Part shown: positions 37,592-51,080 of the stretch, piece by piece
Numbering within the stretch: position 1 is the stretch's first letter
Layout: every line of letters starts with the position of its first letter
Assembly (NCBI RefSeq): GCF_006345805.1
Contig: NC_042999.1
Span: forward strand, 128,526,001 to 128,590,000
DNA length: 64,000 bases
From: Octopus sinensis
Lineage: Eukaryota
Reading direction: 5' to 3'
The notes under the pieces: generated by a model
What the model was told of the DNA's origin: nothing
The model's database searches: none
Seen by the model: the letters and a program-made list of their open reading frames with translations, nothing else
Made by a program: the position numbers and the translations under genes

Positions 37592-37712
37592 TGTATGTAT
37601 GTATGTATGTATGTATGTATGTATGCATGCACGTACGTATGTATGTATGTATGTATGTATGTATGTATGTATGTATGTATCTATGTATCTATGTATCTAT
37701 GTATGTATGTAT
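37466..37712. repeat. (TATG)n microsatellite
   Basis: Direct reading. Confidence 0.95.
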
Positions 37713-37821
37713 GCTTGTATGTGCATATGAGTGTAAGTATATTTCTAAATATTTGATTTCTCCTTACAATGTTGGTGGTACCTATATATATATACACATA
37801 TATTATATATTATATATATAT

Positions 37822-37882
<61 letters not shown>

Positions 37883-37904
37883 ATATATATATATATATAC
37901 ATAT

Positions 37905-38090
37905 AGCGAGAATTTACAAAAAAAAAGAAGATAAGTGTGTAAGCAACAAACAGATGTATTAGTTTAACACTTGAGAAGTGAGAAAGCCTTTTACGTTTCG
38001 AGTCTACGCTCTTCGACAGAAAGGGACTCAGAAATATACTGGGAGAGAAAATAGTAAAAGGTTTAGTGGCTAACGATCTATCATGGCGAA
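37905..38090 (-). mobile_element. ~190-bp Penelope-terminus-like repeat with hammerhead-like motif (copy 2)
   Basis: Minus strand CGCCATGATAGATCG start; CCTTT-CTGTCGA-A-GAGCGTAGACTC-GAAACGTA-AAAGG at 37987-38024. Confidence 0.65.
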
Positions 38091-38289
38091 TACATATTAC
38101 ATAATGCATACACACCTACATACATACATACATACATACATACACTCATATATGTTTGTTTTTACATTCAGTAACAGTAAAACACAATTTTGCATTAATC
38201 TGATGGTTACTTTTGTAGAGTTCTAATTTCTTATTCTTAGACAAGAATGATCATATATATATATATATATATATATATCGAATTCAGAA

Positions 38290-38490
38290 AACACGGAGAA
38301 AAAGAAAAACAAACGTAGAGACGTAGCACAACAATGTATAGTATGACGCTCAGAGAGAGAAGAGAGTAGTTGGTTTACGTTTCGAGCATACTCTTTTTGG
38401 AAACAGGAAGAACAGGACAGTCCAAAGGGAAAGAAGGAAGGAGTCAAGAAATTGCCAACAGTCCACGTGAGGTTACATTTCTGAAGTGAC
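38290..38490 (-). mobile_element. Decayed Penelope-terminus-like repeat
   Basis: AAGAGTATGCTCGAAACGTA remnant of a hammerhead-like terminal motif, adjacent to (TA)n. Confidence 0.4.
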
Positions 38491-39419
38491 CGGAAGTAGA
38501 AGGAATGAAAAGAAAGTGCTTTCTAGGACAGGAGAGTATGAAGATGGTCGGTATGTGTGTGTGTGTGTGGTGTGTGTGTGTGAATGTGTGGTATGTGTGG
38601 TATGTGTGTGTGTGTCTGTGTGTGTGGTGTGTGCGTGATGCGTGTATGTGGTACTGTGTGTGTGTTTGCGATAACTGTGTGCATATGTTTGTGTGAGTAT
38701 TGTGTGTGTGTGTGTGTGATAGAATCTGTGTGCGTGCGTGTTAATATCACTCTGAGAGGTCAGCAGCTATAATGACTGGCGTGATATATCTTTTTTGTCT
38801 ACTTTGTCGTTCATATATTTTACAGGGATTTTGACTGAAATATTTCACTGGCATTCTTTCATATCACAAGAATACACGCCATACTAGTGTAACTTCTTGC
38901 TTCGATATTCAGATATCCTCTCAATGAATTACATTGTATAACGTTTTGACCACAACATCATGTCTCATTTTCGGTCGGATGCTTATGATGTTGATCACAT
39001 CTTCAGAGTTAATTTCATAGAACCAGCAACGACTGGTACAACTAGGCGAAGAAGAGGCTTTACTTGTATCCCTGCCCTATGTTTTTCATGTAGGTGGTGT
39101 GCCTAACTAATATTTTTCGTTTTTTTTTTTTACCCATGGATTAATTGAAAGAATGTCTTTTAGCTATAACATCTGCATTTATTTGAAGTTCAGATGATAC
39201 AGATAAGTGGTTAGTAGAACACTACCAGTTAAGGCTTCCTTGCTTAGAAAACGCTTGACTAGAGGGTATACCTTAAACAAAAGATATGGTTTAAGAACAT
39301 ATGACGAGGGGAAAATTAAAGGTTTAAAGAGCGAGTTGAAAATGAAGTAGGTACCCCAAATACTGAAATAGGGAGGGAACAATTTTCCTGTGGGTTGAAG
39401 CTGTTTGTTATTCGATATA

Positions 39420-39960
<541 letters not shown>

Positions 39961-40188
39961 GCACAATGTTGTCTCTTCGAAGCATCATAATTCAGATTTT
40001 CTGCTATGTGTTATTGAACGTGATCTTACAACTCTTTCTAGAAGATCCACGTACATGTTAGGTTTCATTTTGGAATAAAGGTCAGTCAAACCGGATAATT
40101 TTATTTTTAGTAATTTTTAGTAAAGTCGGTGGTTTTACGCATATATATATATTTCCAAAAGTTACAAACTGAGGAGAGTTCTTTTGTG

Positions 40189-40249
<61 letters not shown>

Positions 40250-41379
40250 TTATATGTATGTTTGTATATATATATGCATGTATGTGTGTATGTATGTGTG
40301 TATATGTATATATATTTATATACGTGTTATGTGAATACGTACTCCTTTATTTTACTTGTATCTTCCCTCACACTTGCACCCCTGTATGTGTATGTGCGAG
40401 TGTATGTATATATATATATGTGTGTATGACTGTATATACTTGTGTGTTAAGTGTCACTTGTAAATTTATAATTTCTCCTTCATATATTCCTTTTTGTTTC
40501 TATTTTTTCTGATTGTTTCCCCTACCCTAGGCTAGTGTTTGAGTAAGGTAACTCTCTTGAATACACCGCTGGTCTTGTCTGTGATTGATGTTTTCTCCAT
40601 GTTACGTTCTCTTTGGGGTTTTTTCTCTGCCCGTATGTATATTTTTTTAGTGTTGCCTATCACTTTTAGCCTCGTGTAATGTATATATTTTTTCGTTTTT
40701 CAATATTAATATGTATATGTATAACTCTCTATGGCTTTTTTCTGCTAGTGCACTTGCTGCATTATATTCTACTATACACACGTGGCACTTGCTGCGTTAT
40801 ATTCTACTATACACACGTGACCCTGTTTACATTATACTTTGTCTCGACCTGTTACTATTTCTTAAAACATATCCGTGAGATTTTTATTTTTATTTTATGT
40901 TATAATTTACTGCACATATAGACTTGCATATACATTGATATGTCTGTCTTTTTTTTCTCTTTCGTCTCTCTCACTGTTATTATTACTGTTATTTTTCCCT
41001 TTTGCAACTTTTTTTGTAAATATCCGATTTTCCCCAATTATCCCATTTGTATTCTCCCTTATTGCATCTTATTTTAATTTATTTTATGTCATTAAACCTT
41101 TCTTGATGTCCTTCCAAAACTTCCTCACACTAATGAGAATGACAATGCATAAATCTAATTATAATTACTATGATTATAATTTTTCTTACATATTTGTATT
41201 GCCCTTTGAAACATGCGTATGTATTGAATCCAATTTTCTCCACCATTTTTTTAATACTTGTTTATGGTATATTTATACCTATAACGATATTTTTCAACTA
41301 CGTATGTATATATGTATGTGTGTATGTATTCATGCATGTACATATATATGTGAATGCATGTACGTATACGTGTATGGAC

Positions 41380-41422
<43 letters not shown>

Positions 41423-42585
41423 CCCCACCACACACACATATATAAATATATACAGATATATATGTATTTATGAATCTATATATGAATGCATGTTTGTGAG
41501 AGAGAGAGAGAGAGAGAGAGAGTAAAACTTAGAACAAATTCAATAGCTAAATAAAAATATGACAATTAATAACAAAAAAAAACGAATCTATTTTAAAGTC
41601 AACAGCATTAAAAACAGTGTTTTCTTTGAAGGGCAAATATATTTCGTTCAGAAATTCACGTATAACTGTTATTTTCTTCATTCCTTGCCTCCCACTCATT
41701 GACTTTTTCATTACCCGTCTACTCACACTAATACTTCCAATTTGATTCAATTTTTCTTTAACTTATTCATTCACAACTACCCACAATGAACACATTGAGC
41801 AGACGAAAGGTGGGGTTGAAACACAGAATTCATTGGTACCTTTTACTAAAATACGTCCTGCAAAAGAACGAAAAGAAAAAAAGAAAAGAAAGAGTCTCAC
41901 TTTTCTGACAAGGGCTTATTTTTTTTCCATAATTTTCAATTGATAGTCTGTGAATATAATTCTGCTTTCATATATGTTAATGAATTCGTAGCAGTCGGCT
42001 GCAACATTCATCCATATATCAATGGGTTTAGTTTGTCTCTTGGTTAATACAAAACGACGTTGTTCTCAAACTGAATCTTAGAATCTTAACATAAAAGTTG
42101 GTTGTCTAATTTAAAATGCCACTTAGAACGAAATTTGTCTGCATTAACAATAATAGTGAAAACAATATAAATAACTAATATAAGCAACAGAACTTCTAGA
42201 ATAGTGACATAAAAAAAATAACTGCGATAATAACCATGATGAGAAAATTAAGTTGTCAACATTTCAACATGTCAATAAAACAAAGAGAAAGATAAATCAA
42301 TTAAAGCAAATATTGGGAAATTATGTATTTGTGACACAAATTTTAGTGTCCATTCGTTCATTCCCCTTCGCTAGGTGCTCTCTACGTAGTTAGAGAGTGA
42401 CTTGCTAAAAATAGTGACTATATCTCTCTCAAATCACACTCTATTTTCTTAAAAATAATAGACGAGGGATTATGAATACCTTTGAATATTGGTCTGTTAT
42501 ACAACAACATATCAAGCTACCTTGAGACATTAAATTGGATTCATCGTTGTTGTTGTTGCTGTTGTTGCTGCTGCTGCTGCTGCTT

Positions 42586-42619
<34 letters not shown>

Positions 42620-42624
42620 CGGTG

Positions 42625-45600
42625 TCGTTGTTGTATAGATCAAACAGATTAGACTGTTTGAAAAGAAAAAATCCTAACATCGGATTACAAGTAATCTTGG
42701 ATGCCAAGATCCCTCCTATCAGGCTACAACAACTACCCTTAGACGCCAAGAACCTCCCAAATTATCTTAGCTGTCCCTAATAACACTGTTTTCTGCAGCT
42801 GTATTAAACTGGGTTTTATGCCTGTTTCCTCTATCCATCTGTTCAGATGTTTAGGGATAGGTCCTAATGCACCTTTAACCAGTGGAATACATTTTACCGC
42901 ACTTTCCATACTCTCTGTAATTTAATTTAATAGCTAGGTCCTGGTACTTTGCTATTTTTTCTATACTTCTAATATTATTTTTTTCATCATTCGCGTCAGT
43001 AAAGTCAATTATCTGGCACTTTCTACTCTCTTTATCTACTACTATCAAATCAGCCATTCTAGCTTCTACTACTCTGTCAGTCTGAACGTTCATACTATGT
43101 TCATACCATTTAGCAGTGTGTTCAAATCCTAGCTTTCTATATAGCTCCCTCTAGACTACTCTACCTAGTTTGTCATATCTTGTAGTCTTTCTGTTCCAGC
43201 ATACTACATTCATTTACTATGTGAATAACGCTTTCCTCTTTTGATTTGCATAATTTACATTGGGAATCTATTTGGTTTTTGTCTATCTTGGCTTTTATCC
43301 AATTAATCCTTAAAGCTTGATCGTAAGCAGCTACTAATAAACTTTCTGTCTCTCTCTCTCCAGCTTTCCTTTCTGCAGCCATAACTATGTCTCACTACTA
43401 CTATTTACTGCAACTATATTTGGGAATCTACTATGCAACGCCTTCTACCAGTCAGGTAATTTCTGGTTTTTAACTTCTACAAAAGCTGCCCAAGTATTTA
43501 CAGCCTTCACCAGATTCGGAATATTTAGCTTTGATTTCATTAGCTTCCTTAGCATTCTGATGTACTCCTCAATGTTCGTTTTCATTTCGGTAGTTAGTCA
43601 TCTGTTAGATTGTAATGCTCCTAGATGCTCTCTCCTCTTTTCAGTGATTTTAGTATTTGGCAATCTGGTAACTGGATGCCTTTGCTGTTGACTACCTGTC
43701 CCCTTCTCATGACTAATATTGCACACTTATCTATGCCAAATTCCATGCTTATATCTTTGGTGAAGAGTCTTACAGTCTGTATTAAGGAATCTACCTCTTT
43801 TTCACTTCTATTAAAAAGCTTCAGATCCATATAGAGCAAATGGTTCATTTTCCCCTTATTATTTCTAGACTGATACCCTGCCTTTGACTTTCTTAATACT
43901 AAACTAGGGGGAAACAAGCATAAGAAAATATTAAAGAGAACAACGAGTCTCTCTGGAAAATTCCTCTTTTGATATTAACTTTCCCTAACACAGTGTCACC
44001 TGAGTAGAGATCTACTTTCCATTTTTTCATGGTACGCTAAGTAATTCTCTTATGTTGTCTGCTATACTGAATATACTCAAACATTCACTTATCCATAAGT
44101 GTGAGATCATGACATAGGCTTTCCTATAATCATTCTATGCTATTTTAGATTTTTATTTCTAGCTTTTATTTCATTTAGAACTGCTAATTGATCATACGTT
44201 CCTCTAGACTTCTTCCTGTAACTTTTCTGTTCTAGCAATAAATTCTGATGTCAAGGTGCTCGTAAATGCTTTCTGAAAGCATTCCTATTAACAGCTTCCA
44301 CACTAATGGTAAGCAAGTGATTGGTCTATAATTGCTAGCTGTATTACCCTTGCTCTTATCTTTCATGATGAGTATTGTCCTCCCTCTAGTCATCCAATCT
44401 GGTATTATTCCTCCATTAAGGCAATCTTAAAGTTGCTCCCGCAGCCTTCAATGTAAACTACTAAATTCCTTTAGCCAGTACCCTTGAACTAAATCTGGTC
44501 CTGGGATCTTCTAATTCGGCATTTGTCCTAACACTTTACTTAGTAATGCCTTAGTTAATCTTCGATCTGGCTGCTTCTTGCTCACTACTTCTTCCATCAC
44601 TTTCTTTAACCATGTTGCCTCTCCATTATGATTGACTGGCTTATCCCAAATATTACTCCAGAACTTTCTAACTTCCGTATTAGGTTTCCCATCTTCAGAA
44701 CGTCGTTCTCCACTAATTATTTGGTTATAAAATCTCCTCTGGTCTGCCTCAAATAATCTATTCTGTTGATACTGATCTATTCTTTTCTGGTATCTGAAGA
44801 GCTTGCCTGCTACTGCTACGATATGCTGTTTCAACTCTTCTATTGCTGTCTCAAATCGTTTCTCTTTGACTAAGTATCTTTTCTCAAGGGAAGATTTGTA
44901 CCTTGTGCTTCTTAACTTGTTCAGTTTCCAGGCTTCTATTCTACTCACATCTTGTCTTAAAGTCTTCTCTTTATTTTGTAGTCTCCTTTTCCATATTTGC
45001 TCTTTTTTAATCTTTCCCTGCCTAGACCAGTAAATCAATGTCTCCTATATTTTTAGTATTTATCCTACTGATAACAGAATCTGCTTTCCTACTCATTTCT
45101 TGCAGCTTCTTTCTGTTGGTGCAGTTTAATGCTGGCAATCTTTTTCTCATTTCTTTATTCATTACTTCCAGCAACTCATTTAAATTTTCTGATCTTCCTC
45201 ACATAAATCACTTAAGTCTCTGGTGCCAGTTGTCCCTTCCTTATTGGTAGCGTTATTATCATTTTTTTTCCTTTAGATTCTTCTTTGGTTTGATTTGTAT
45301 CTCTTATGTTGTTGTTTGTCTTTCCTACTACTTGGTCTTTCTTTTCCAGTTCTCTTGTAACTCCTTCTACCTCCAATTTTGTCATGTGCATTCTTCTAGT
45401 AGCATTAGCATGATCAACTAATTTCTACTCAGTCACTTTAAATACACCTTTCTCTGCCCAAAGTATTAACATCCGTTTTCTATAGCCCCTGCTTCTAAGA
45501 AGCACTGCATCACTATTCTGTTTTCTTCACTGGTCCACTTCCTCCTCCTTGCTCAATTATCTGCTGGTGTTGTGTTAGGATAACAGCTGTGGTCAGTCTG

Positions 45601-45750
45601 CATCTTTACTGAATCACTGCCGATCGAGAGGCCTTCCCTTAATGGTCCAGCATCATTTTCGCTGTTACAACCAGAGTTTCTTCGGGAACTCCTGTCTCTC
45701 ATTAAGTAACGTTCGTCACCATTGTCATCACCACTATTTTTTTTTCTTTT
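42625..45750 (-). pseudogene. R4/Dong-like RLE non-LTR retrotransposon, near full length, decayed
   Basis: N-term KWTSEENRIVMQCF...GYRKRML; RYQKRIDQYQQNRLF; RT NHLLYMD, MEFGIDKCA; ETESLLVAAYDQALR; CKLCKSKEESVIHIVNEC; KIAKYQDLA; ends at (CAA/CAG)n. Confidence 0.9.
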
Positions 45751-46310
45751 CGACAATTGGAAGTTTCAAGCAACTTTCTATTGCATCATTTGTTGCACCT
45801 TTGTGCTGGTGGGGTGGTACGTGCTGCTCTTTTTTAGGTGGGGGTGGATATTGTATTTTTATCTGTATGTTTTGTCATGGGATTTGGTTTGAGTCTTCTG
45901 TTGTATTAGTTTTTCTATTGTGTGTTGTTTGTATAGCGTACGTTATGTTCTTCTGTCGGGTATCAGCCTTCTATGGCACATATGAGTTTTGTTCATAGTG
46001 TTGGGTACTTACAGAATGGATGGGTGTTCTTGTGGAGGTATTGCATAGTAGTGTATGTAAATCATAGATCAACTATTTCATAGTATTTACGATTAATTAC
46101 CCTCCCTTCTTTCTCTTTTTGGTTGGCCTTGTCATGGGTCTCGCTTTTACAGCGTTAACACCGCCGATGGACATATGTTGATGTTTCTTTCGTAATTATA
46201 ATTATAATTACTATTCATGTATCAGCGAGAGACCGAGAAGAAATAGTAATGTGCATATATATATAGAGGTCTTGTATAGATATGGATATATATGTAATTA
46301 AAATATATTA

Positions 46311-46341
46311 TTATTATTACTATTATTACTACTATTACTAC

Positions 46342-46384
<43 letters not shown>
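46311..46384. repeat. (ATT)n microsatellite
   Basis: Direct reading. Confidence 0.95.
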
Positions 46385-46386
<2 letters not shown>

Positions 46387-46822
46387 GGCGGCGAATTGAC
46401 AGAATCGTTAGCACGCCGGGCGAAATGCTTAGCGGCATTTCGTCTGTCTTTGCGTTCTGAGTTCAAATTCCGCCAAGGTCGACTTTACTTTTCATCCTTT
46501 CGGGGTTGATAAATTAAGTACCAGTGAAACACTAGGGTCGATGTAATCGACTAGTACCCTCCCCAAAAATTTCAGGCCTTGTGCCTCTTGTAGAAAGGAT
46601 TACTATTAAGTTGGTCAACTGGCAGAATCGTTAGCACGCTGGTCGAAATGCTTAGCGGTATTTCGCCCGTCGCTACATTCTGAGTTCAAATTCCGCCGTG
46701 GCCAGCTTTACCTTTCATCTTTTCGGGGTCGATAAAATAAGTACCAGTTGAACACTGGGCTCGATATAATCGACTATCCCCCTCCCCTAAAATGGTTGCC
46801 CTTGTGGAAAAATTTGAAACCA
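46385..46822 (+). mobile_element. Two complete family-1 SINEs in tandem (46385-46590, 46608-46822) within (ATT)n
   Basis: Each has its own head, core and tail; neither is interrupted at the GTATTTCGTC site. Confidence 0.85.
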
Positions 46823-46856
46823 TTCTTCTTATTATTATCATTATTATTACTACTAC

Positions 46857-46893
<37 letters not shown>

Positions 46894-46911
46894 TATTATT
46901 ATTATTATTAT

Positions 46912-47030
46912 TGAGTGAGAGAGCAGTGCATGCCATCAAAATGACACTGGGGTAAAATATACCAATCATGACTACCCGTCTGATAAAATTACACCAGGCA
47001 CATGCATCACAACCATATGTTGTGACATTA
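46912..47030 (-). mobile_element. 3' end of an unclassified retroposon with (AAT)n tail
   Basis: ...GGCATGCACTGCTCTCTCACTC(AAT)n on the minus strand. Confidence 0.4.
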
Positions 47031-47143
47031 TTTACACTATTTACATTTGACAGATATTTGTCCTCATCTTGTTTGTTGTTAACACAACGTTTCAGCTGAT
47101 ATACCGTCCAGCTTTCATCAGGGTTTTAGATTCCAGGCAGTGA

Positions 47144-47145
<2 letters not shown>
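47030..47145 (-). mobile_element. Penelope-terminus-like repeat with hammerhead-like core
   Basis: CTGATGA-A-AGCTG GACGGTATAT CAGCT-GAAAC GTT on minus; inverted homologue at 48505-48670. Confidence 0.55.
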
Positions 47146-47229
<84 letters not shown>

Positions 47230-47239
47230 AGCGCATGAA

Positions 47240-48293
47240 ATAATAATATTATTATTAAGCGCATGAAAACCCGTGCTAAATCTGCGGCCTTAGATATTCT
47301 GAATAATAAATGGCAAGAAAAACCTCTCTATGGCAAATACCCAAAGAGAGCAAATAATGCAGATGTTGACAAAGCCCTGACCCATCAATGGCTAATGGCC
47401 TCTGGTTTAAAATCTGAAACAGAGGGGTTTATCATAGAAGCTCAAGATCAATGCCTACCAACAAGAAACTACCAGGCCAACATATTAAAGATCAGAAGCA
47501 GTCCAACGTGTCGTGTATGCAAGCAACAAAATGAAACCATTGACCATGTGGTCTCCAAGTGCAGTCTTCTAGCGCCTACAGAGTATCTCAACAGGCACGA
47601 TAGAGCTGCACAATATATTTACTGGGTAATCTGCAAAAACCTAGATTTGCCCCATGAAAAAAACTGGTGGGAACACAAACCACCCCCAGTGCTTGAAAAT
47701 GACCACATCTCACTCCTCTGGAACTTCACCATTCAAACTGACAGAAAGATAGATGCAAATAGGCCAGACATCATATTGAAAGACTTCAAACAAAGAACAT
47801 GCCTCCTCATTGATATGACTGTCCCAATCGATATAAACGTATCTGTCAAGACCTACCAAAAACTGAGCAAATATAAAGATCTTGAAATAGAAATCAGCAA
47901 AATGTGGAACCTGAAGACTAAAACAATACCTGTTGTCATAGGTGCCCTGGGAATGATAGCAAAAGGGACTGATAGCTACCTAACTCAGATACCAGGAAAC
48001 CCAAAAATGGCAGAAATTCAAAAGATAGTGCTCATGGGAACTGCTCATATCCTACGCAAAATACTTTCTATGTAATCTCAAGGTTTAAAACAAACATAAT
48101 TTTCGGTTTAAAAAAAACAAAAAAAAAACAAAAAAAAGACAACTTTTTTTAGACATTCATTAGTACAAACCCCCAAATATATGGCACACTAGGCATAACA
48201 ACAACATGAACTTCCAACCCTGTTGTCTCTTGAGGTCTCTGGGTGAGACTTGGAGCCAACTTGTACAAATATAAAGCAAAAGTCAAACATAGA
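47240..48293 (+). mobile_element. Young 5'-truncated R4/Dong-like element in (TAA)n
   Basis: Uninterrupted 270-aa ORF 47263-48075; (AAT)n at 47149-47210 and 48294-48483. Confidence 0.92.
47263..48075 (+). CDS. C-terminal part of R4/Dong ORF (CCHC finger and restriction-like endonuclease)
   Basis: GLKSETEGFII.AQDQ; CRVCKQQNETIDHVVSKC; EYLNRHD; RPDIILKD; LIDMTVP; KLSKYKDL; IPVVIGALG; open but 5'-truncated, so not a complete gene. Confidence 0.8.
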   Translation: MKTRAKSAALDILNNKWQEKPLYGKYPKRANNADVDKALTHQWLMASGLKSETEGFIIEAQDQCLPTRNYQANILKIRSSPTCRVCKQQNETIDHVVSKCSLLAPTEYLNRHDRAAQYIYWVICKNLDLPHEKNWWEHKPPPVLENDHISLLWNFTIQTDRKIDANRPDIILKDFKQRTCLLIDMTVPIDINVSVKTYQKLSKYKDLEIEISKMWNLKTKTIPVVIGALGMIAKGTDSYLTQIPGNPKMAEIQKIVLMGTAHILRKILSM

Positions 48294-48338
48294 ATAATAA
48301 TAATAATAATGATGATAATAATGATAATAATGATGATG

Positions 48339-48373
<35 letters not shown>

Positions 48374-48416
48374 CATAATCATGATAATAATAATAATAAT
48401 GATAATAATAATAATG

Positions 48417-48482
<66 letters not shown>

Positions 48483-48504
48483 TAACAAAAACAAAAACAA
48501 AAAC

Positions 48505-48670
48505 AACATCGAAAAATACCTTAGGAATGAGAACCCACGTTCGAAGTTTCCCCAAGACACTTGATCAAGGCTGGAGGGTATATCAGCTGAAACGTTGTGT
48601 TAACAACAAACAATATCCGTCAAAGGTTAATAATGTACATAATTCCTCATCCCTTATATATAAAACTGTA
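48505..48670 (+). mobile_element. Penelope-terminus-like repeat, hammerhead core mutated
   Basis: GACAC-TTGATCA-A-GGCTG...CAGCT-GAAAC GTT-GTGTT. Confidence 0.55.
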
Positions 48671-48869
48671 TTACTAAAGAACATGTTTAACTGGTTTAGG
48701 TCAAGCAACTATCAAATCTGCGGTATTGAGCAGAATATTTGCTGTAGCCCATCTTTTACGCGAAGACAAAACATATACAAGTTAACACTTCCATTCAGTA
48801 AAGATCAGAAGCTATGAAAGTCACTGCCTGGTACTACTGTAGGGCGTCTTGCTGTTGTTGCTGTTGCTG

Positions 48870-50760
48870 CTGCTGCCGCTACTGTTTTATCTAGAGGTTT
48901 GCTGACAAGTCTCCCCCAATCTCAAGAATCTTTTTAAGGATTCTTGCAGATTATAGAATGGTACATTTCTGCAGATCTGCAATGCGAGTTTCATTTCCAA
49001 TTTCCGTCAGTCTTTTAGGTAGCATTTTGGGTGTTGTACCAAGTGCACCAATTACAAAGGAATAACTATCGTCTTAGTCTTCCGCAGTCTCTTCAGCTCT
49101 CTAGCTAGATTCTGATATTCCTCGATTTTTTCAATTTCTTTGGAATCGAATCTGTTATCATAGATAATTTCAAAATCTATGATCTTACACTGGTCTTTTT
49201 GCTTCAACAGTCTAGCCAGTCATTATGGAGAAGTTCCACAAGATTTTGTATTTTTCACTTTATATCACAGCCTCTGGTTCGTGTTCATATCACTTTTCTG
49301 CCATTTTGAAGCCACGCACTTGGCTAACATCCCAATACACTCTTTTGACTATACTGTCATGTCTGCACTTATACTCCTTTCCTGCTAGTATACTGCACTC
49401 ACTCAAAACGTGATTTACTTTCGTCTCATTTCCTGTTGATTCTGCGTTTGCTGTCTGACTGAGTTTTGTCGACGTTTGCTGTTATCATATTTGTTCTAAT
49501 AGCTTGTTTGTGAGTAGCTATATTTAGTGTTTTGGTCTCTCATTTCAAGTTCCCGTTCGTCCACCGTAGCAGTGATCTTTATTTCCAGCATTCTGTTGCA
49601 TGAATTGGCCACATCGTTCCATCTCTTTTCATTTGCATGTTCTATTGTTTTCCTTCTCTCTTTGAATTCGGCTACTGTTTCAGTCACTTTTTTCCGATAG
49701 TATTCTTTCTATACGCTGCACAACATAATTTTTCAAACCCAGTATCGCAGTGTTGTCAATGTCTTCTTTGTTTAGCAGTCCTCTGTCATCTTCCTTTCTG
49801 CGTAGTTGGAGTAGATTGGTATTACTTTTAGGATGAAGTGTATTGTGCATTGTGAGCGGATTTCTCGTTTATCTATCCATGTTCTGTAGCTCGACCTTTG
49901 TTCATTTCAGAAAAGGAGCGGAGCATCTCATTACAGACATAGACCGTGTATCTACGGCTTTAATGATGTTTTTGCAATTTAATTTTGCTTCGAGCATCAT
50001 CCTAATTCTTCTCTTGTATACTTTGGTGACTTTCTCATTTTTCTTTCCAGTATCTTATCGTTTTACAGCACTCTTAGGTATTTTTATTCCTCATTACTCC
50101 ACTGCGATCAAATGATATTGTCTTGTGGTAATTTTATGCCATCAGAGTTTTATCCTCCGGTCCTTTTTTCATAATTAGCACAGCGCACTCATTTACCCCA
50201 AACTTTATTCCAGTATCTTTACTGAATACTATCACTGTTTGGAGTAAAGAATCTAGATCTTTCTCATTTTTTTGCATATAGCTTGAGGTTATTCATATTA
50301 AATAAGCGATTTATCTTCATCTTGGTTCTGGTAAACTTATAGGCAGGCTTGGTTTTTCTCAGTATATTTGTCGGAGGAATTAACGCAACGGCAAAATGTA
50401 TCGGAAAGAGTAAGACTTACTGGAAAATGCCCCCAGCGTATTTTTACGTTCCTAGCGATTCATTTGCATTAGTTTTGCTTCTCTCATTTTCATTGCTTTT
50501 TCTAAAAAGTTGTCTATCTTCTCATTGACTCCGAACGTCTTCAGACACTCGAAGATCCAGCTGTGTGTGACATTGACGTAAGCCTTCTTGAAGTCCACCC
50601 AACAACTAAATTTCTCATCCTTACACGTCCCTATTTTAATATTCTGCTGGACATTCCATTCCAGTCTCCTTTATTCATTTGTCTATCTCATCATAGTCCC
50701 TAATGTGCCAATTATCACAGGTTCAATCTTTACAGATTTCATATTCCAAATCCTTGCAAT
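48870..50760 (-). pseudogene. R4/Dong-like RLE retrotransposon, 5'-truncated, heavily decayed
   Basis: KQAIRTN; NHVLSECSILAGKEYKCRHD; IEEYQNLARELKRL; IPFVIGALG; SARILKKILEI; ends at (CAG/CAA)n. Confidence 0.85.
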
Positions 50761-50904
50761 CTCAAATTCTAAAAGGTTGTATTTTTTCAACTTTCAATCG
50801 TTTTTTTTTTCACAATCGTAATACTAAATTTACATGAGGGATCAATCAGTAAGCAAATTCGAATCTCCTTGTCTAATACTGCTATATCTGATTCGTTATT
50901 TTCT

Positions 50905-51080
50905 GGTGAGCTAGCAGAATCGTTAGCACGCTGGACAAAATGCTTAGCGGCATTTCGTCCGCCTTAACCTTCTAAGTCGATTTCATCGACCTCAGTGATT
51001 AGCTGGTATTTATTTCATCAACCCCGAAAGAATGAAAGGCAAAGTCGACCTCAGCGGAACTTGAACTCAAAGTGTAAAGA
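50905..51080. mobile_element. Broken family-1 SINE: head on plus (50905-50965), core on minus (50975-51080)
   Basis: GAGCTAGCAGAATCGTTAGCACG...; CCCCGAAAGAATGAAAGGCAAAGTCGACCTC. Confidence 0.65.

Noticed and set aside
46385-46822. Tandem SINE pair as another self-targeted array
   Set aside because: Each copy has its own head and a non-Tx1 tail, and the junction is not at GTATTTCGTC; explained by insertion into (ATT)n.
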